NCBI RefSeq assembly: GCF_018977255.1
Contig: NW_024704743.1
Coordinates: forward strand, 59,894,001-59,958,000
Direction of reading: 5' to 3'
Length of the DNA stretch: 64,000 nucleotides
DNA from: Callorhinchus milii
Lineage: Eukaryota
The notes beneath the pieces are model-generated. The model saw nothing but the letters and a program-made list of their open reading frames with translations. It did not search any database and had not been told where the DNA came from. The translations under genes were made by a program, and so were the position numbers. Positions 1-13,022 of this stretch are shown piece by piece; positions within the stretch are counted from its first letter, which is position 1, and every line of letters begins with the position of its first letter.

Positions 1-531
1 ACACTTCTGGAGTGTAATGGAAGTGTATGGAAAAAGACCCAAATTTTGCATCAACTCTGCTATCTTACACACTTTAGGTGAAATCGAGGGGCTGACCTGC
101 ATTGAATTCATGTAACATTTTTGTGTTTTATGCCAAAAATAATGATCTATGGAATTTGGTATGTATTTTTATAAAATAAGTCTTAAAATTTACCCCAAAT
201 TCTGTTAATTTTGAATTATTTTGTTGATAGAGCATTTATGGCTAGAAATGTCATAAGATTCTCTATCAGTGGGCCAATGTTCTACCCTTTTTATTGATCA
301 AGTGACCTAGGCCCCCAAAGCCTTGAGATAAGGTCAGATAAAGAGTTCCTTTTTTGGCCATCGGTTTTGCCCTTTCCTCAGCAGAGCAATTTAGAAAATA
401 AATATGAAATAAAAGAAATTAAAACCCACTTTTGGTTGCAAAGTTACAATACAAAATCATGTTTGCTTCAAAATAAGAAAAGGCTGACAGCTGGATGTGA
501 AAGGGAGAAGACCCTTACCAGGAGAAATGTT

Positions 532-545
532 CTGCCACCTAGTGG
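532..545 (-). promoter_or_regulatory. Candidate CTCF site
   Basis: The - strand reads CCACTAGGTGGCAG, a close match to the CTCF core motif. Confidence 0.5.
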
Positions 546-599
546 TTGATATTGCCAGCAATAGTTAAGGAACACCGCAAAGGTTGCTCTTTACATGCC

Positions 600-1009
600 A
601 GTACTCTCTGAGACAGAAGGTTATGGGTTCAAGACCCATGTTGGGATGTTGAGCTCGCAGTCTAAACTCAGTGCATTGCTGGGGGTGGGCTGGATTGTCA
701 GAGGTACCATAATTCAGATGAAACTTGAAAGTACAGTATTGTCTGCCTGTTCAGGTGGATGTTAACAAATTTGCGACACCATTTTGAATAGAGACGGAGT
801 TTATCCTGGTGTCCTAGCCAACAATCCTGCAAATACAATTGATCATTCACTTCATTGCTGTTTGTGGAACATTGTGCTCTGCTAAGTAGCTGCTGCATTT
901 GCCGACAATACAGTCACTATTACTCTACAGTAAATCCCATGAAATACTTTGAGATTTTTCAAAGTTGTAATAAGATGCTATGTCAAATATAGGAAATTAT
1001 TATTATTAT
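600..1009 (+). mobile_element. LF-SINE-like tRNA-derived SINE, near full length, decayed
   Basis: Landmarks in order: CTGAGACAGAAGGTTATGGGTTCAAG (B box), TTCAGGTGGATGTT, CCTGGTGTCCTAGCCAAC, TTGCTGTTTGTGG, (ATT)n tail. Collinear with the copy at 21905-22330. Confidence 0.75.
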
Positions 1010-1224
1010 CACAACAACTTGCGGTGTTGAGTATAAAACATTAAACAGTCATTAAGTGTTGGCGCCCTTCTTCTGGAGAGCACCCCCCCACCCCCCTCAG
1101 ATCAGGAATCTGACACCAGTTTTCATTTGAATGCAGAGAATTTTAAGTTACAATCATCTTAATCTTAATCTTCTGAATCACAGCTAAATATGCCCTTTCT
1201 CTTCCCCCCAGGTACCAGTTTTAT

Positions 1225-1580
1225 AAGATTATCTTTAAAATAATAAAGGGATTCGATAGGGTAGAAACTATTTCCTCTGGTAGGGGAATCCAGAAGAAGG
1301 GACCATCACCTTAAAATTAGAGCAAGGCATTTAGGAGTGAAATTAGGAGGCAGTTTTTCACCCAAAGGGTAGTGGAAATCTGGAACACTTTCCCAAAAGG
1401 CTGTGGATGCTGGATCCACTCACATCTTCAAAACTGAGGTAGATAGGTATTTGTTAGGTCTAGATATTAAGGGATACCGGGCAACAGCGAGTAATTGGTT
1501 TTGAGATGTAGATCAGCCATGATCTTATAAAATGGCAGAACAGGCTCGAGGGGCTGAATGGCCTACTCCTGTTTCTATCT
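1225..1580 (+). mobile_element. CR1 (HER1-like) LINE 3' fragment
   Basis: Decayed ORF2 end, then the 3' tail GATCAGCCATGATCTT...GGCAGAACAGGCTCGAGGGGCTGAATGGCCTACTCCTG. Confidence 0.75.
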
Positions 1581-2454
1581 GCAGTGAAAAAGCAGCACAA
1601 AATATCGAATACATAGCTTGGTAAATAGGGAAAACAATCAGATAATATGGTTTTGCAGACCTACTTCCAGGTCAAGTTGCTACAAAGTATGAGATGTTCC
1701 TCCTTTATCACTGTAACTTACAAAATTCAAACATTATTTGGCTGTCGCTGGTTGACTTTCAACGTTATTTGAGTTTAATGGCCTGGTAAGAAGGTATTTA
1801 CTTTTTATTCAGATGCTCAAATGCTGAAATCCCAGGCCACTCTGAATCCTAAATCGGTCAGAAACACTGGGTTATGAGTCTTATCTTTTCTTAGTCAAGA
1901 CTTCAGATGCAGTTAGCGTCTCATAATAACAGTTATCGAGCTTGGGGGAATTAAAAACAGACGTTGCCTGTCTCAGCTCACTTGGAGCCTGCCTGCTCTG
2001 AGCCAACAACTGAGTAGCATTGGCAACAGTTCACGGAGCAGACTTTGGTCTGGATGGCTTTGCCCTCCAGACTGAGGGAGGAGAGAGGCTTTGCAGAAAA
2101 AAAAATTTCAAATGCAGTGAGGGTGAAGCAGCTCTTTGAAGTCTGCAGCACTTGGGTGGTGTGAAGTAAAGGCGCATCTTTCGGTGTCAACATAAAATAA
2201 TGCTATTCTGCTTCACTGATGTTTTAATGTTATCTTTAGATACAAAAACATTACTTTTCTGCTGCTGATATTTTGTTCCCTCCCTTTGCCTTTTAGCCAC
2301 TTTATCCATTATTCCGGGTCACCCAACATCAAACAACATACACAGGCTGAGAAGGCAAACAAGAACTTGGGGCAGCATTTAACCCCTACTAACTTTATGT
2401 ATCCAAAGTCTATTGGCTTGGCTCAGTTTGGCAGAGGGTAGTTAAGGACTGGAA

Positions 2455-2970
2455 CAGTTCTGGGGAATGAGGAGCCAGTGGAGCCGGGTGAGGATGGGGG
2501 TAATGGACACGCGGAGCCCAATGCAAGATACTGTTTTACGATAGCCGGTGTGGTTTAGGCTGGGACACTGGACTTATTTAAAAATCAGTAAGCTGAGAGA
2601 GGTGATGGAGGAAAAATAGCTGAAAGCATGGTCAAAGGGGAGGTCTTGAGGCAGACCATGAAGGAAGCAAGGGAAGGGATAAGTTGTAGACTCCAGGATG
2701 GATTTCCAGAGAGTGAAGGCTGAAAGCCCAATGGCCGAATGTCAAAAAGTAAATTTGTATTGTATTTGTGATAGTGTGGGTTACATGAAGCAGGCTGCTT
2801 TTTGCTGAGTGAAGGAAGCAGAGGTAGGGTGGGGCAAGAAAGTGGAGGGATTTGAAGTGAGAATGAAGATCTTGAACTTGATTCACTGGGGGATGGGGAG
2901 CCAATGGAGCCAGGTGAGACTGGGAGTTTTAGACTTGCAGAGCCTGGTGCGGGAGAGGATGCAGATTTCA
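2455..2970 (-). mobile_element. L2 LINE 3' fragments, decayed
   Basis: Shares GAAGATCTTGAACTT...GGGGAGCCAATGGAGCCAGGTGAG and GGTCTTGAGGCAGACC with the L2 copies at ~5.4, 18.0 and 28.3 kb. Confidence 0.6.
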
Positions 2971-3342
2971 GGGCACTATGTGTGGGCAACAGCTGGAGAA
3001 TCAGGCGAACAGGTTGTTGGCACTGTGTTAAACAAAGGATGAAGGTTTAATGACATTCTAACTGCATATGTTATGCCTTTTAAACCTTTCAAATCATTTA
3101 TCGGTAAAAGTTTTAGAAAGATGATATTTAAGGAAATTACACTTTCAAAAAATTGCAAAAACTCGACTATTTAAACATTAAGTAAATGAAAATAATGGTT
3201 CCCCAGATTAAGTATTTAGCAGCCACAAATGTGCTAATGTATGCTGGAGTAAAAGAATATGCCAAAACCTAAAAACGAATAACATTTAAAATTAGATAGC
3301 AACTTACTGGTATTGAAAATCTGTTTGTTCTTTCTTTGTTTT

Positions 3343-3500
3343 GATAGAAACACAGAAACAGGAGCAGGCTATTCAGCCCGTCGAGCCTGTTCAGCCATTC
3401 TATGAGATCGTGGCTGATCTGTACCTCAACTCCAATTTCCTGCGCTTGCTCCATATCTTTTGATGCAAATATCTATGCACCTTAGTCTTGAAAATGTGTC
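3343..3500 (-). mobile_element. CR1/HER1-type 3' tail
   Basis: ACAGGAGCAGGCTATTCAGCCCGTCGAGCCTGTTCAGCCATTCTATGAGATCGTGGCTGATCTG is the reverse complement of the tail at ~1510-1575. Confidence 0.75.
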
Positions 3501-5110
3501 TTTTGGCTTCAGCTGACTGTACATTTATATTTCACAAAAAAATTGTCAATTCACTTTACAGTATATTCTGTGAAACGCTTTGAAACATCCCAACGACATG
3601 ATCAGGTGCTATATTAAATGCAAGGATTATTATTATAAAACGTGAAACACTTTATCGTATAGGTAAGCTTTTGATCATGTTCAGGTAGCTTGCTCTGGAA
3701 CTCCCTTCCTCACTCCCTTCGCCTCGTCCCCTCTCTTCCCACTTTTAGGTCTCGGCTGAAGACCTTTCACTGTTGACCTCTCCAGCTGTTGACCGCTGCC
3801 TCAATTGGCTTTCTGTTCTCAAACTTTAAGCCTCAGACAAGCTTGACAGAAGAGCTTGACTGAAAAATGAAACAACGTTAATAGGATTATAAGATTTTGG
3901 AATATGTCTTTGTTTTCCGTGGCCTTTGGGGAAGAAGCCTATTGTGCTAATGCATAGCAGAGCACTACATTACTGAAGGTGTGTGCTAATTGGAATGCTG
4001 TAGTTTTTTTTAAAGGACACATGGGTCGCTATAAATATCACAGTCACTGTTGAACATGCTTTACAATACATTGACAATATCCAGATGCTCCTGATACTAG
4101 CAACTGGTTACATAAATCAGTTTCACACCTCTCCTATGCTATGCTTTTTTATTTACAGAAATTTATTTAAAAAGTATAGATAACAGTTATTCACTGCAAA
4201 AAAAATGTTTGTTTTGTTTCAATAGCATGTTAACAGAGTATTGACCAAGGAACTCCTGCGGAACATGATGCTCAAATGAAATTCAATCTGAACACATAAA
4301 CAAAGTTGAGCACAAAAATAATTGTGCTTATTCTGTAAACTTGCCCCGATTCTTTTTGTGAGTTTGTCAATAATGGTTATTTGTCTGCTGGAGAATCAAA
4401 AGGCGTTCAAGATGCTTCCAATTTCCAATGCCAGAAATGAGGTTTGGAAATTGCTTAAAGCAATGGGTTATTTAAACCAGCCTTTTGCCAATATTTGTCC
4501 TGACTTAAGACATTGCTGTCTTGTGTTCAGCTACTTTTCTCTGTGTCCGTGGGGTGTTTAAGGTTAGTTCCATCCATAAAGTTTGGAAAGGACTTGCTGA
4601 AGTTACTTAATAAGGCCTGGAGTGATGAGAATTCCGAATGCTCAGAAACAAACATGTTGAAAAGTTCAAGTTAAAAATACAGCTTCTAATTGTTTGTGTT
4701 AGTTTACCTGACTGAGTGACAATAGACCATTCAGCAGTGCAGCATTAAATGACTAATGGAAAAGAGAAACTGGTTTGAGTCCCTATTCGTAGTATATCCT
4801 GGCAGAATTTATATTGCATACTAAAACAGAGACATTTCTGACCACAATTCATAAGCCAAATTTTGTTTACACTGGCAATTTTCCATTATTTGCTCACAGG
4901 TTTTCAGGCTCGGTTTCCCTTCTTCCAGTTGTGGAATAAAACTATGCCAGTAATTTCCATGGGTTCTGTTATGCTAAGCAATTCTGATCTCTTTGGCTGC
5001 AAGAAGTTCCTATTTTAGTAGTCTTGGGTTTGCTAAATATTTCAAGAAACTATAAGCATGTATATTGTTTGTTTCATTTCTTTTTACACTCAAACAAACA
5101 CCACAAACAC

Positions 5111-6670
5111 CAACAATAATAATTTGCATTTATTTAGCGCCCTTCACACAAGTTAACATATTGGAGCAATTTATAGAGACACTGAGCCAGCAGGGAGGGA
5201 CTATGTGTGTGTGTGGGGGGTGGTGGGGTGGGGTTGTGGTGCCGGTGGTAGGGGTGACTATAGGCATGGTTGAAGAGGAAGCTTTTTAGGTAATTTAGGA
5301 GACAGAGAGGAGTATATGAGAGTGGTTCCTAAGGTTGGGGGCATAATGACTGAAGGCTCGGCCATTGATGTTGGTGTGGAGCAACAGGCCCAAGTTTGCT
5401 GAATCGAGTGAGCCGAAAAGTGAAGTAGAAGATCACCTAGGTATGGAGGTGCAAGACCTTGAATTTAATCTACTGGGGAGCCAGTGGAGCCTAGCAAGGA
5501 TGGGGGTGAAAAGCATATGACGTTTTGTGTGGGTAAGGATATAGGCAGCAGAGTTTTGCATGAGCTGGTTGCACATTGATTCTGTGAGTTGGAGAGAGTG
5601 GCAAGGAAAGTTAAGGATGTCAGTGCTGGAAGCAGGGAGGCATTGATGGGAACTGAGGAGAATGTCTTCTGTCTTGTCCAGGTTAAACTGAAGGAAGTTG
5701 AAGTTCATCCAGACCTTGATGTCTGTCAGAAAAGCGATCAGAACATCAGTATACCTGGAATCAAGGGCAGAAGTAGAGAGATAGATTTGTGTGTCATCTG
5801 CACACATGTCGAAACTAACCCTATGTTTGTGGATGATGTTGCCAAGGGGGAGCATGTAGATGAGGCAAAGGAGGCAACTGAGGATAGAGCCCTGAGCTAC
5901 CCATGGTGACCTTGTGATGACAAGAGGAAAATCCATTGGAAGAAACAAAGTGGAAGTGATGGGAGGATTGGGACCAGAAAGCAGGGTGCTACCGAGGTGG
6001 ATGAGAGAGGAAAGGCAATCAAAGAGGATGGAGTGGTTGCCAGTGTTGCAGGCAGCGTGGAGAGAATGAGGTAGCTAAGGGGGCACAGGGAGCCCTGGTT
6101 ACAGGGAGAGAGAGAGAACATCAATTGTGACTGACAAAGGCTGTCTCATTGCTGTGAGCAGGACAGAAATTGCATTATAGGGGCTCAAGTGGAGGGTGAT
6201 GTGAGGAGCAATGATATATTTCTGAACTTTGGATAGGAAGAACAGGTTGGAGATAAACAAGTAGCTGGAGAGTTTTGAAGAATGGGGTGATGACAACAAC
6301 TTTGAATGTGATGGGCCAATCCCAGAATATAGGGATAGGTTGACAGCATCTACAAGCAGAGGAGACAATTGAGTAATCTTCAGATGAGTGGGAAACGGTC
6401 AAGGAAGCAGATGGTATGTTTCTTGTGGGAGATAAGGCAAAGAGCATTGAAGAAGAAATTGGGCCAAAAGTGTGCAAGGTAGAGGCAGTGGGAGGGAGCA
6501 TGGGTGGAGTTTGGGACAGATGGATTTTGTTGATTTTGTTCACAATGAAGCCCATAACCTCTTTGCATTTGGAGGCAGAGGTAAGGATGAAGGGAACTTG
6601 CGTAGATGAGGTGATTGGCTGTGGAAAATTACCTTGCCTTGGTCTCCAGGATGTATGTGGAGTAGAATGA
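5111..6670 (-). mobile_element. L2 LINE, 5'-truncated, frameshifted RT remnant
   Basis: ORF 5433-5948 has QGSILS...IYMLPLGNII...FDMCADDTQIYLS...QFNLDKTE...TPILARLHWLP (L2 RT motifs). Tail at ~5111-5150. Confidence 0.85.
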
Positions 6671-8319
6671 GGTTTTCTCTTTAGAGTTGCTCAAACCAGA
6701 TTTAATGAATGACCAAAGGCTGGATTTAGCCTAGGTGCATTTGAGTGTGCACGTTTGGGATTGGAGATGGCTGATATAACTGGGGGAATGGCTAAGGACA
6801 ATAAAATATTTGTTTCCCTTGTAAATCTACTTCCTTTTTCTCGACATTACTAATTTTCTTCCCTATAAAACACTCGCTTTCTGTTGTGCGAATCAAAGAA
6901 GTCTGACGAAACTCAGTGACCATAATGGTAACACTTAGCCTCAGTGAATGAAAATTCAGTGCTGAAAACAGAGGCATCAAACTGAATGGGAAAGTTGTTG
7001 ACCAAGTTTGAACAAAATGAACGTGCATCTTTATAACCACTGAATATAAATGTATATTTTAAAGAACAAATGACTAAGAAGCTCCCATTATCTAAATTAT
7101 CTTCATAGACACCACACATATTTCTTATTCGTGTATTTCAGGAGTGGGAGAGGATATTCTTTGCTCATCTGGTAAGGATTGGTGAATTTGTTAGCCATGG
7201 AACAATCATACTCATAATTTCTTCCAAAACCTTTATGAATGCACAACCTTGTAAAACACTGTTAGGTATCGAGAATCCTAAATGTAGTCCAGAATACAGA
7301 ATTTTCTATAACTATTTATAAATTGGATTAGAAATTCCTGCCTATTCTGATGAAGAGGAATAGCTGTAAAATTAATCTATTTCTCTTTCTGATGTTAATC
7401 CACCTGCTGTGCATTTGCATCACTTTCTGTTTTTATTTTAACATTTCACAAACTTTACTGCAACCAACGCTGGTTAAAAGTTTCAAATTGATAATCAACA
7501 AAATATTCTTCCTATATTTCCTCAATAACCAATTTATACTGTACTTAAATGCGGCATAAATTTCAGAAGGTCGTTTTACCAGGAAATTGCTTCATACTAT
7601 AAGTACAGATAGTGCATATTGATTTGGTAGCCACTCTAGAAATAGCTTGCCCAAAAATGTCCACGCTTAATTTTTTTAATGTTCTTCAAGAACTGGTTCT
7701 GCAGACTGTCGGGTTAAGAATATTTAATAAATGAACATTGTCAAATCCTTCTGTTTACTTCATTGCACATCCTCAGAATTCTCACAATGGCCAGTGAATG
7801 AACAATAAACAAACATGTTGTTCCTTACTCTTAATCCTCTTAGAAAGCATTGCAAATCACTTCCAGTAGTATAGGTTAGCACAATTAACAAAAGCAACAT
7901 TTCACTTTCTTGAATTTGGTGATGTTTTGATCTTAAATACTAGAACTTGTTTTCTCCTCAATTGTAATGTAACTCTTTTTGCATTTCCATCCATAATCCT
8001 GGGACATAAGGGTCTTCAGGGTGTGGAGAAGAGGCAGGGAAATGGGATGAAAAGATCTGCCAATATCTAATAAACTGCTGGAGCAGGCTCGACAGACTGA
8101 ATGATTTCCCCCTATTCCTATGTTGTAAAGACAAAGTTGTATTCTCCTTCCAGTTGAGTACTATTAGGGGAAATGAGGGGAATGGAGTTCATTTTTGACA
8201 ATGTGAAATGGTACATTTTGAAAGGATAGGTAATGAAATTATGCAGGTCTCTGGTCAGGTCACGCCTACAACAACAACAACAACTTGCATTTATATAGCG
8301 CCCTTCATGGTTAGAGTAC

Positions 8320-8775
8320 GACATACAGTTTTGGTTGCCACGACATAAGATGACAGCCCAGGCACTAGCGACAATGCAGAGAAGAGCAATAAAGTTATTA
8401 GAGGAGTAAACTATGAGCAATGATTAAACAAGTTAGGGCTCTTCAGTGTTAAAATAAGTCATCTCAAAGGACGACTTTGAGGAATATAACATTTTAAATG
8501 GAATTGAAAAATTAAACCCAGAACAAAACTTATGAATGTACTGATACAGAAACACAACAAGAGGACACGGGTTTAGAATTGCAAAAAGCAATTCCAAGAC
8601 AGACACCAGGAAATATCCCTTTTCTCAGAGGATACAAGGAATGGTAGTTAAGGCCTGAACATTGGACTCATTTGAAAAACAGCTTGATTCTGTTCTGCGA
8701 AGACTCCAAAGAAAGTATAATGAAAGGTTAAGATCCAATGGGTCAATGGGCCTTCTTCATCTGAACCAATTTTGT
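8320..8775 (+). mobile_element. CR1 LINE 3' fragment
   Basis: Decayed CAGTTTTGG...ATGCAGAGAAGAGCAATAAAG...TTTTAAATGGAATTGAAAAA...GGGCCTTCTTCATCTGAACC. Similar to 18866-19200. Confidence 0.7.
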
Positions 8776-8789
8776 GAGTATACTTACTT

Positions 8790-9258
8790 CCCCGGACCAA
8801 ACTCCATACCCACATCTCATCAGTTCTGGCCAGGCTCCACTGGCTCCCCATGACCGAACGGATCGACTTCAAGATCCTCACTCGCATTCAAATTCATTCA
8901 CTCCCTGCACCTCCCTACCCCTCCAACCTTCTCACTCCCCAATCCACCACCCGGCGCCTCTGCTCAACTGACACCGGCCTCCTGCTCGTCCCTTGAACAC
9001 TCCTCCCCACCATCGGAGGTTGCGCTTTCAATCACTATGCCTTGAAACTCTGGAAAGCTCTCCCTCAGACCCTCTACCTTACCCCTCTCTCCCTTTTTCA
9101 AGTCCCGAAACAAAATTTTCCTCTTGAACTGTGCTTATGGCCACCTCCCACCGCCACCCCACCACCCGGCTCAGAGTCAGTCTCCGCCACTGTTAAGCGT
9201 TCTGAGACTCTTCCCTGCGTGGATGGCGCTATACAAGTACAAGTTGTTGTTATTGTTA
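8790..9258 (+). mobile_element. L2 LINE 3' end
   Basis: Remnant CTCCACTGGCTCCCC (LHWLP), ATCGACTTCAAGATCCTC, then stem-loop tail AAGCGTTCTGAGAC...GGCGCTATACAAGTAC(GTT)n. Confidence 0.8.
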
Positions 9259-9332
9259 TACAGGAGACCTGCATTAAAAGTGAATTCATGTTCTAACAAG
9301 TTACTTGATAATAGGGTTGACCAAAAATTCTA

Positions 9333-9700
9333 AATAATAATAATAATAAACCTTGCATTGGATATAGCAAATTGAGATGTCTCAAGCACTTCCTGGAATA
9401 CACTGTAAAGTGAGTTGACTGTATATTTTGTAAGCAAAACACAGTAACCAATCGCACACAGCAGTGTCCCACAAACAGTAGTGGAATGAATGATCAAATT
9501 ATTTTTATTTATTTTGAAGGAATTATTACCCCTGGAAAAGCGATCCGCCTTTCAACTAACAACCAGGTTCCTACTTACTGCTAGGTAAACAGAGGCATGT
9601 GGAGTAAGGAAACTTGCCCAACATTTCATCCTGCCCAGGAATTAAACCTAGGTCCTCTTGTTTGCGAGGTGAGTGCTCTAACCACTGAGCTACAGGACTC
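9333..9700 (-). mobile_element. Full-length tRNA-derived SINE (family also at 30125-30497)
   Basis: The - strand begins GGAGTCCTGTAGCTCAGTGGTTAGAGCACTCACCTCGC...CCTAGGTTTAATTCC (A/B boxes) and ends with the shared tail and (ATT)n. Confidence 0.8.
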
Positions 9701-11089
9701 CACAAGTTAATGTAGTGAAGGTGTCAGTTCATGTTGATAGTTGGTTCCATGAGTTCCAGATGCACTCTAGTTCTTCAGTCTATTGCTAATTCATCTAGTA
9801 AATGAATTGAGCTCAGCTGTGCTACCGTCCTCTCCCCCCTCCATTTGTCAAATTGACACTCAGCATACTGACTCACACATCCAGTTAATCACGTGGGTCA
9901 GATCTGGAGGACTGCCACGCTTGTGGAGCTGTGGCCCCAACAGAAGTTATTGTCCTCAGGAGAATAAGAGAGAAAAATGGACAGACAAAATAAATTTGAA
10001 AAATTTGGACTCAAGTGGCAAATAATCCAGAACAATCTTTTGGTACTTTGATGGTGTCCACAGTGAGGAACTGGTCCTATTATCAGTCCATAGGAGAGGA
10101 CAGCACTAGGCACATCCATCCTGACAAGCATTTGAATCTCATCAAATTGGCAGGACGGTGAGGTGGGATTGTCAGAGCTGGGAGTAAAGTAGGCCAGCAG
10201 TAAATCTATAAACTGACTGAAAATTGAAATATGCTTGTTTGCAACTTGGCCTTATCCTGTAATATTAGATTGTAACAATCATGAATGCATGCCTCATTAA
10301 AATCAGGCATGATATCGTTTTTCTTAATAATGAGAAAAGATGGAGTATATCAGTATGTCAGATTTATGCTCTATTGTTGGCTGCTAGTTCCTAAGATCAA
10401 TAAACAATTGAAGAGTAATATCCACGTGCTTTTTAATTGCAGCAGCACATCCCAAAATAACTACTTAATTATGATGGTATTTTTAGTAAGGAAAGCCTCT
10501 GCTTAGTTCTTCAATGGATTCAACAGGAAGGCGATTGTTTATCTAGCCACACTGACACCCAGCTATTTTTGCACCTCAGCTCCAGCTCAAGCAGTGGAAA
10601 TAATATTCTTGTTGATGTCCATTTAATTTGTTGCCTGTTCTCCCAACCTCTTCAAATCGCACTTTTAACAGAATTAGATTATTTTAGTGATTGCGTGTGT
10701 CCGGGTTGGTTGGGTTGGGGGGGGAGGGTGGAGGATGGTGAGGGGAGGATTACACTACCTATCACTAAATGAAATGAACCTATTTTACAGCTAGGGGTCT
10801 CTGAGATGAACAATACAACACAAGCCAACCCTATATTCCTTCAGCAGATGTTGAGAAGTCCAGACGTTAGACATTGCTTCACAGACTTTGCAAGGATATG
10901 TATGAAAAAATTGTTTTTCTTAACATTTTATCACATTGTAAATCTAAAAGTGATCAACAAATAATTACTGTCAAGTGTAGTGACTGCCCTTTTGTAAACA
11001 AATGTGGCAGCCATTTGCTCCACAGCCATGTGTGCTCTGGGACACTATCCCGCATGAAGATCGTTTTATAAATGGAAGTTTTTGTTGCT

Positions 11090-11373
11090 GCTGTTGTTGT
11101 TGAATGATTAATTTGTATTAAGGATTTGCCTAGGACACCAGGTAAAGTTTTGTATTCTTTCTGAAGTGTCATAGGATCTTGGAAAACCATCTGAACAGAC
11201 AGGTAGGATGTTGTCTTAATTTTTCAGCTGAAAGACAACACCTTCAACAATGCAATTCACCCTCAATTACACTCGAATCTCATCCTCGACTATGAGCTCA
11301 AAACCCAATTTGATATTGAACAAACAATCTTCTGACTCAGAGGTGAGAGTATTACTAACTAAACCAAGTTGAC
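11090..11373 (-). mobile_element. LF-SINE-like copy, decayed
   Basis: AATCTTCTGACTCAGAGGTGAGAGT and CTAGGACACCAGG are reverse complements of head/body motifs in the 600 and 21905 copies. Confidence 0.6.
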
Positions 11374-11762
11374 ATCTTCACAAAGATAACCTCTGGGCTA
11401 GGTGATCCCTTCACTTTCCAGTTCTTGAACATCCAAAAGAAAATCTTATCCAGCTATATTCTGATTTGGCAAATCAATAGAAATCCATCTGGTTTGAGAG
11501 ACCTTAGGGGCTATTCTTCTTCATTCAATAAGTGTCGTCAATCTTTTGACATGCGCTTAAAATACCCCCAACACTGTCCTTAAGTCTTTTTTCCAGACTG
11601 GATTTGATCATCTTCTGTTGGGCTCCATCCAGACTAGATAAGAGTACCTTCAGGGGAGCTGTCTATGAGCATTGGACAACTCTATCCAGCCTGAACTGGC
11701 AGAAACACACCAGCATTTAGCCAGATTGAATCAATATAGGTCAGTATAGGTCTCTTTGACAG

Positions 11763-11931
11763 TGCCTTCAGCTCCCCTCTCGACTCTCTACCCCTCCTCG
11801 CTCCCTCCCTTCCCTCCCCTCACCCTGACCATTTCCCCCTTGCTCGGGTCCTGACTCAACTGTACAGCGCCTTGGGGCGTCCTCCTGACGTGAAAGGCGC
11901 TCAATAAATGGAACCTTATTGTTGTTGTTGT
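11763..11931 (+). mobile_element. L2 3' UTR/tail (5'-truncated)
   Basis: Closely matches the reverse complement of 28108-28275. Ends CAGCGCCTTGGGGCGTCCTCCTGACGTGAAAGGCGCTC...(GTT)n. Confidence 0.85.
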
Positions 11932-12887
11932 AGGAGAAGGGGAGAGAAACATAGTACATAACTGTACATAACTGATCAGAAATTGATATAAAATTGGCAT
12001 CTCTTTCATTGAGGCCCACAAGGATCGCTGGTTTGGCAAATTAAAAAAATTGCATTGGAAAGAGAGTTTGATTCGAAGTTCAGGTACATTGTTGGACTGA
12101 ATAGGGAATTTTGCTGTAATATTAATTGTTACAATAACCACTGATCAAGATGAGAAGGAGGGGTTCAGAGAAAAGACAACAAGTGGTTTAGAAGACACAT
12201 AGAGAGAATACAAGGTGAACGGATTTACCAAGGGAGCTCCACAGAGTTAGGTATAGTGAGTGAAATTTTGGCCATCAAGATGGGTATCCACCAATGGCAG
12301 TAGAAATTTCTTCCATTTCCCTACACTGATATCTCTCATTCTGAAAAAGGGATTGAAAAAATCTTGAAAAGGAAAATTTCAGCATAATTCAGTCAGCATA
12401 GAAAATATCACCTAGGTGAAGCAAGTCTTGTGCAGGGAAACACATATATGCAACACTAACCCAAAATAACTATTTTTGATTTAAAGTCTTGGGTCAGAGC
12501 CAAGTCCTGGCAAGTTTCAGCATTGTGTACATGGAATTCCCTGCAGAAAATGCATTTTGTAAACAAAGGGGCTTTTCTGGCTGATACAATTCCTTTTTCA
12601 ACTTTAAGAGTAAAACAAACCACTAAAAGTGTAAATTTAACTTAAGTCAGCTCAATTTTACTCTTGTTGATGCATTGTCCCTTGTTGGCTAACCCTTCAT
12701 TCAAAGAGCACTAGTCACTTTAAACCTAAAGCCATTTGGTTTCAGTCCTCAACAACAACTTGCATTTATATAGTGCCCTTCTTGTGGGGTAGCGTCCTGG
12801 AGCACTTGACCTCAGACCTCAATACTCTGAGCTCAAAGGTTAATGAAACAACTGTACATGCTCTGCAAAGCTAGAATATATCTGGCC

Positions 12888-13022
12888 TAAACACAAAATA
12901 TTGCAGATGCTGAAAATCTGAAACAAAAACAGAAAGAGCTGGGAAAATTCAGCCAGTCAGGCAGCATCTATGGAGAAAAGAAAGTGAGTCAACGTTTTGG
13001 GTCCACGACCCTTCGTCAGAAC
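12888..13022 (-). mobile_element. Penelope-like (PLE) repeat/solo pLTR with minimal hammerhead ribozyme motif and 10-bp TSD
   Basis: Flanked by ATATCTGGCC at 12878-12887 and 13023-13032. The - strand begins GTT-CTGACGA-A-GGGTC-GTG-GACCC-AAAAC-GTT-GAC. The body resembles the abundant shark GCAGATGCTG...GGCAGCATCT repeat. Confidence 0.7.
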
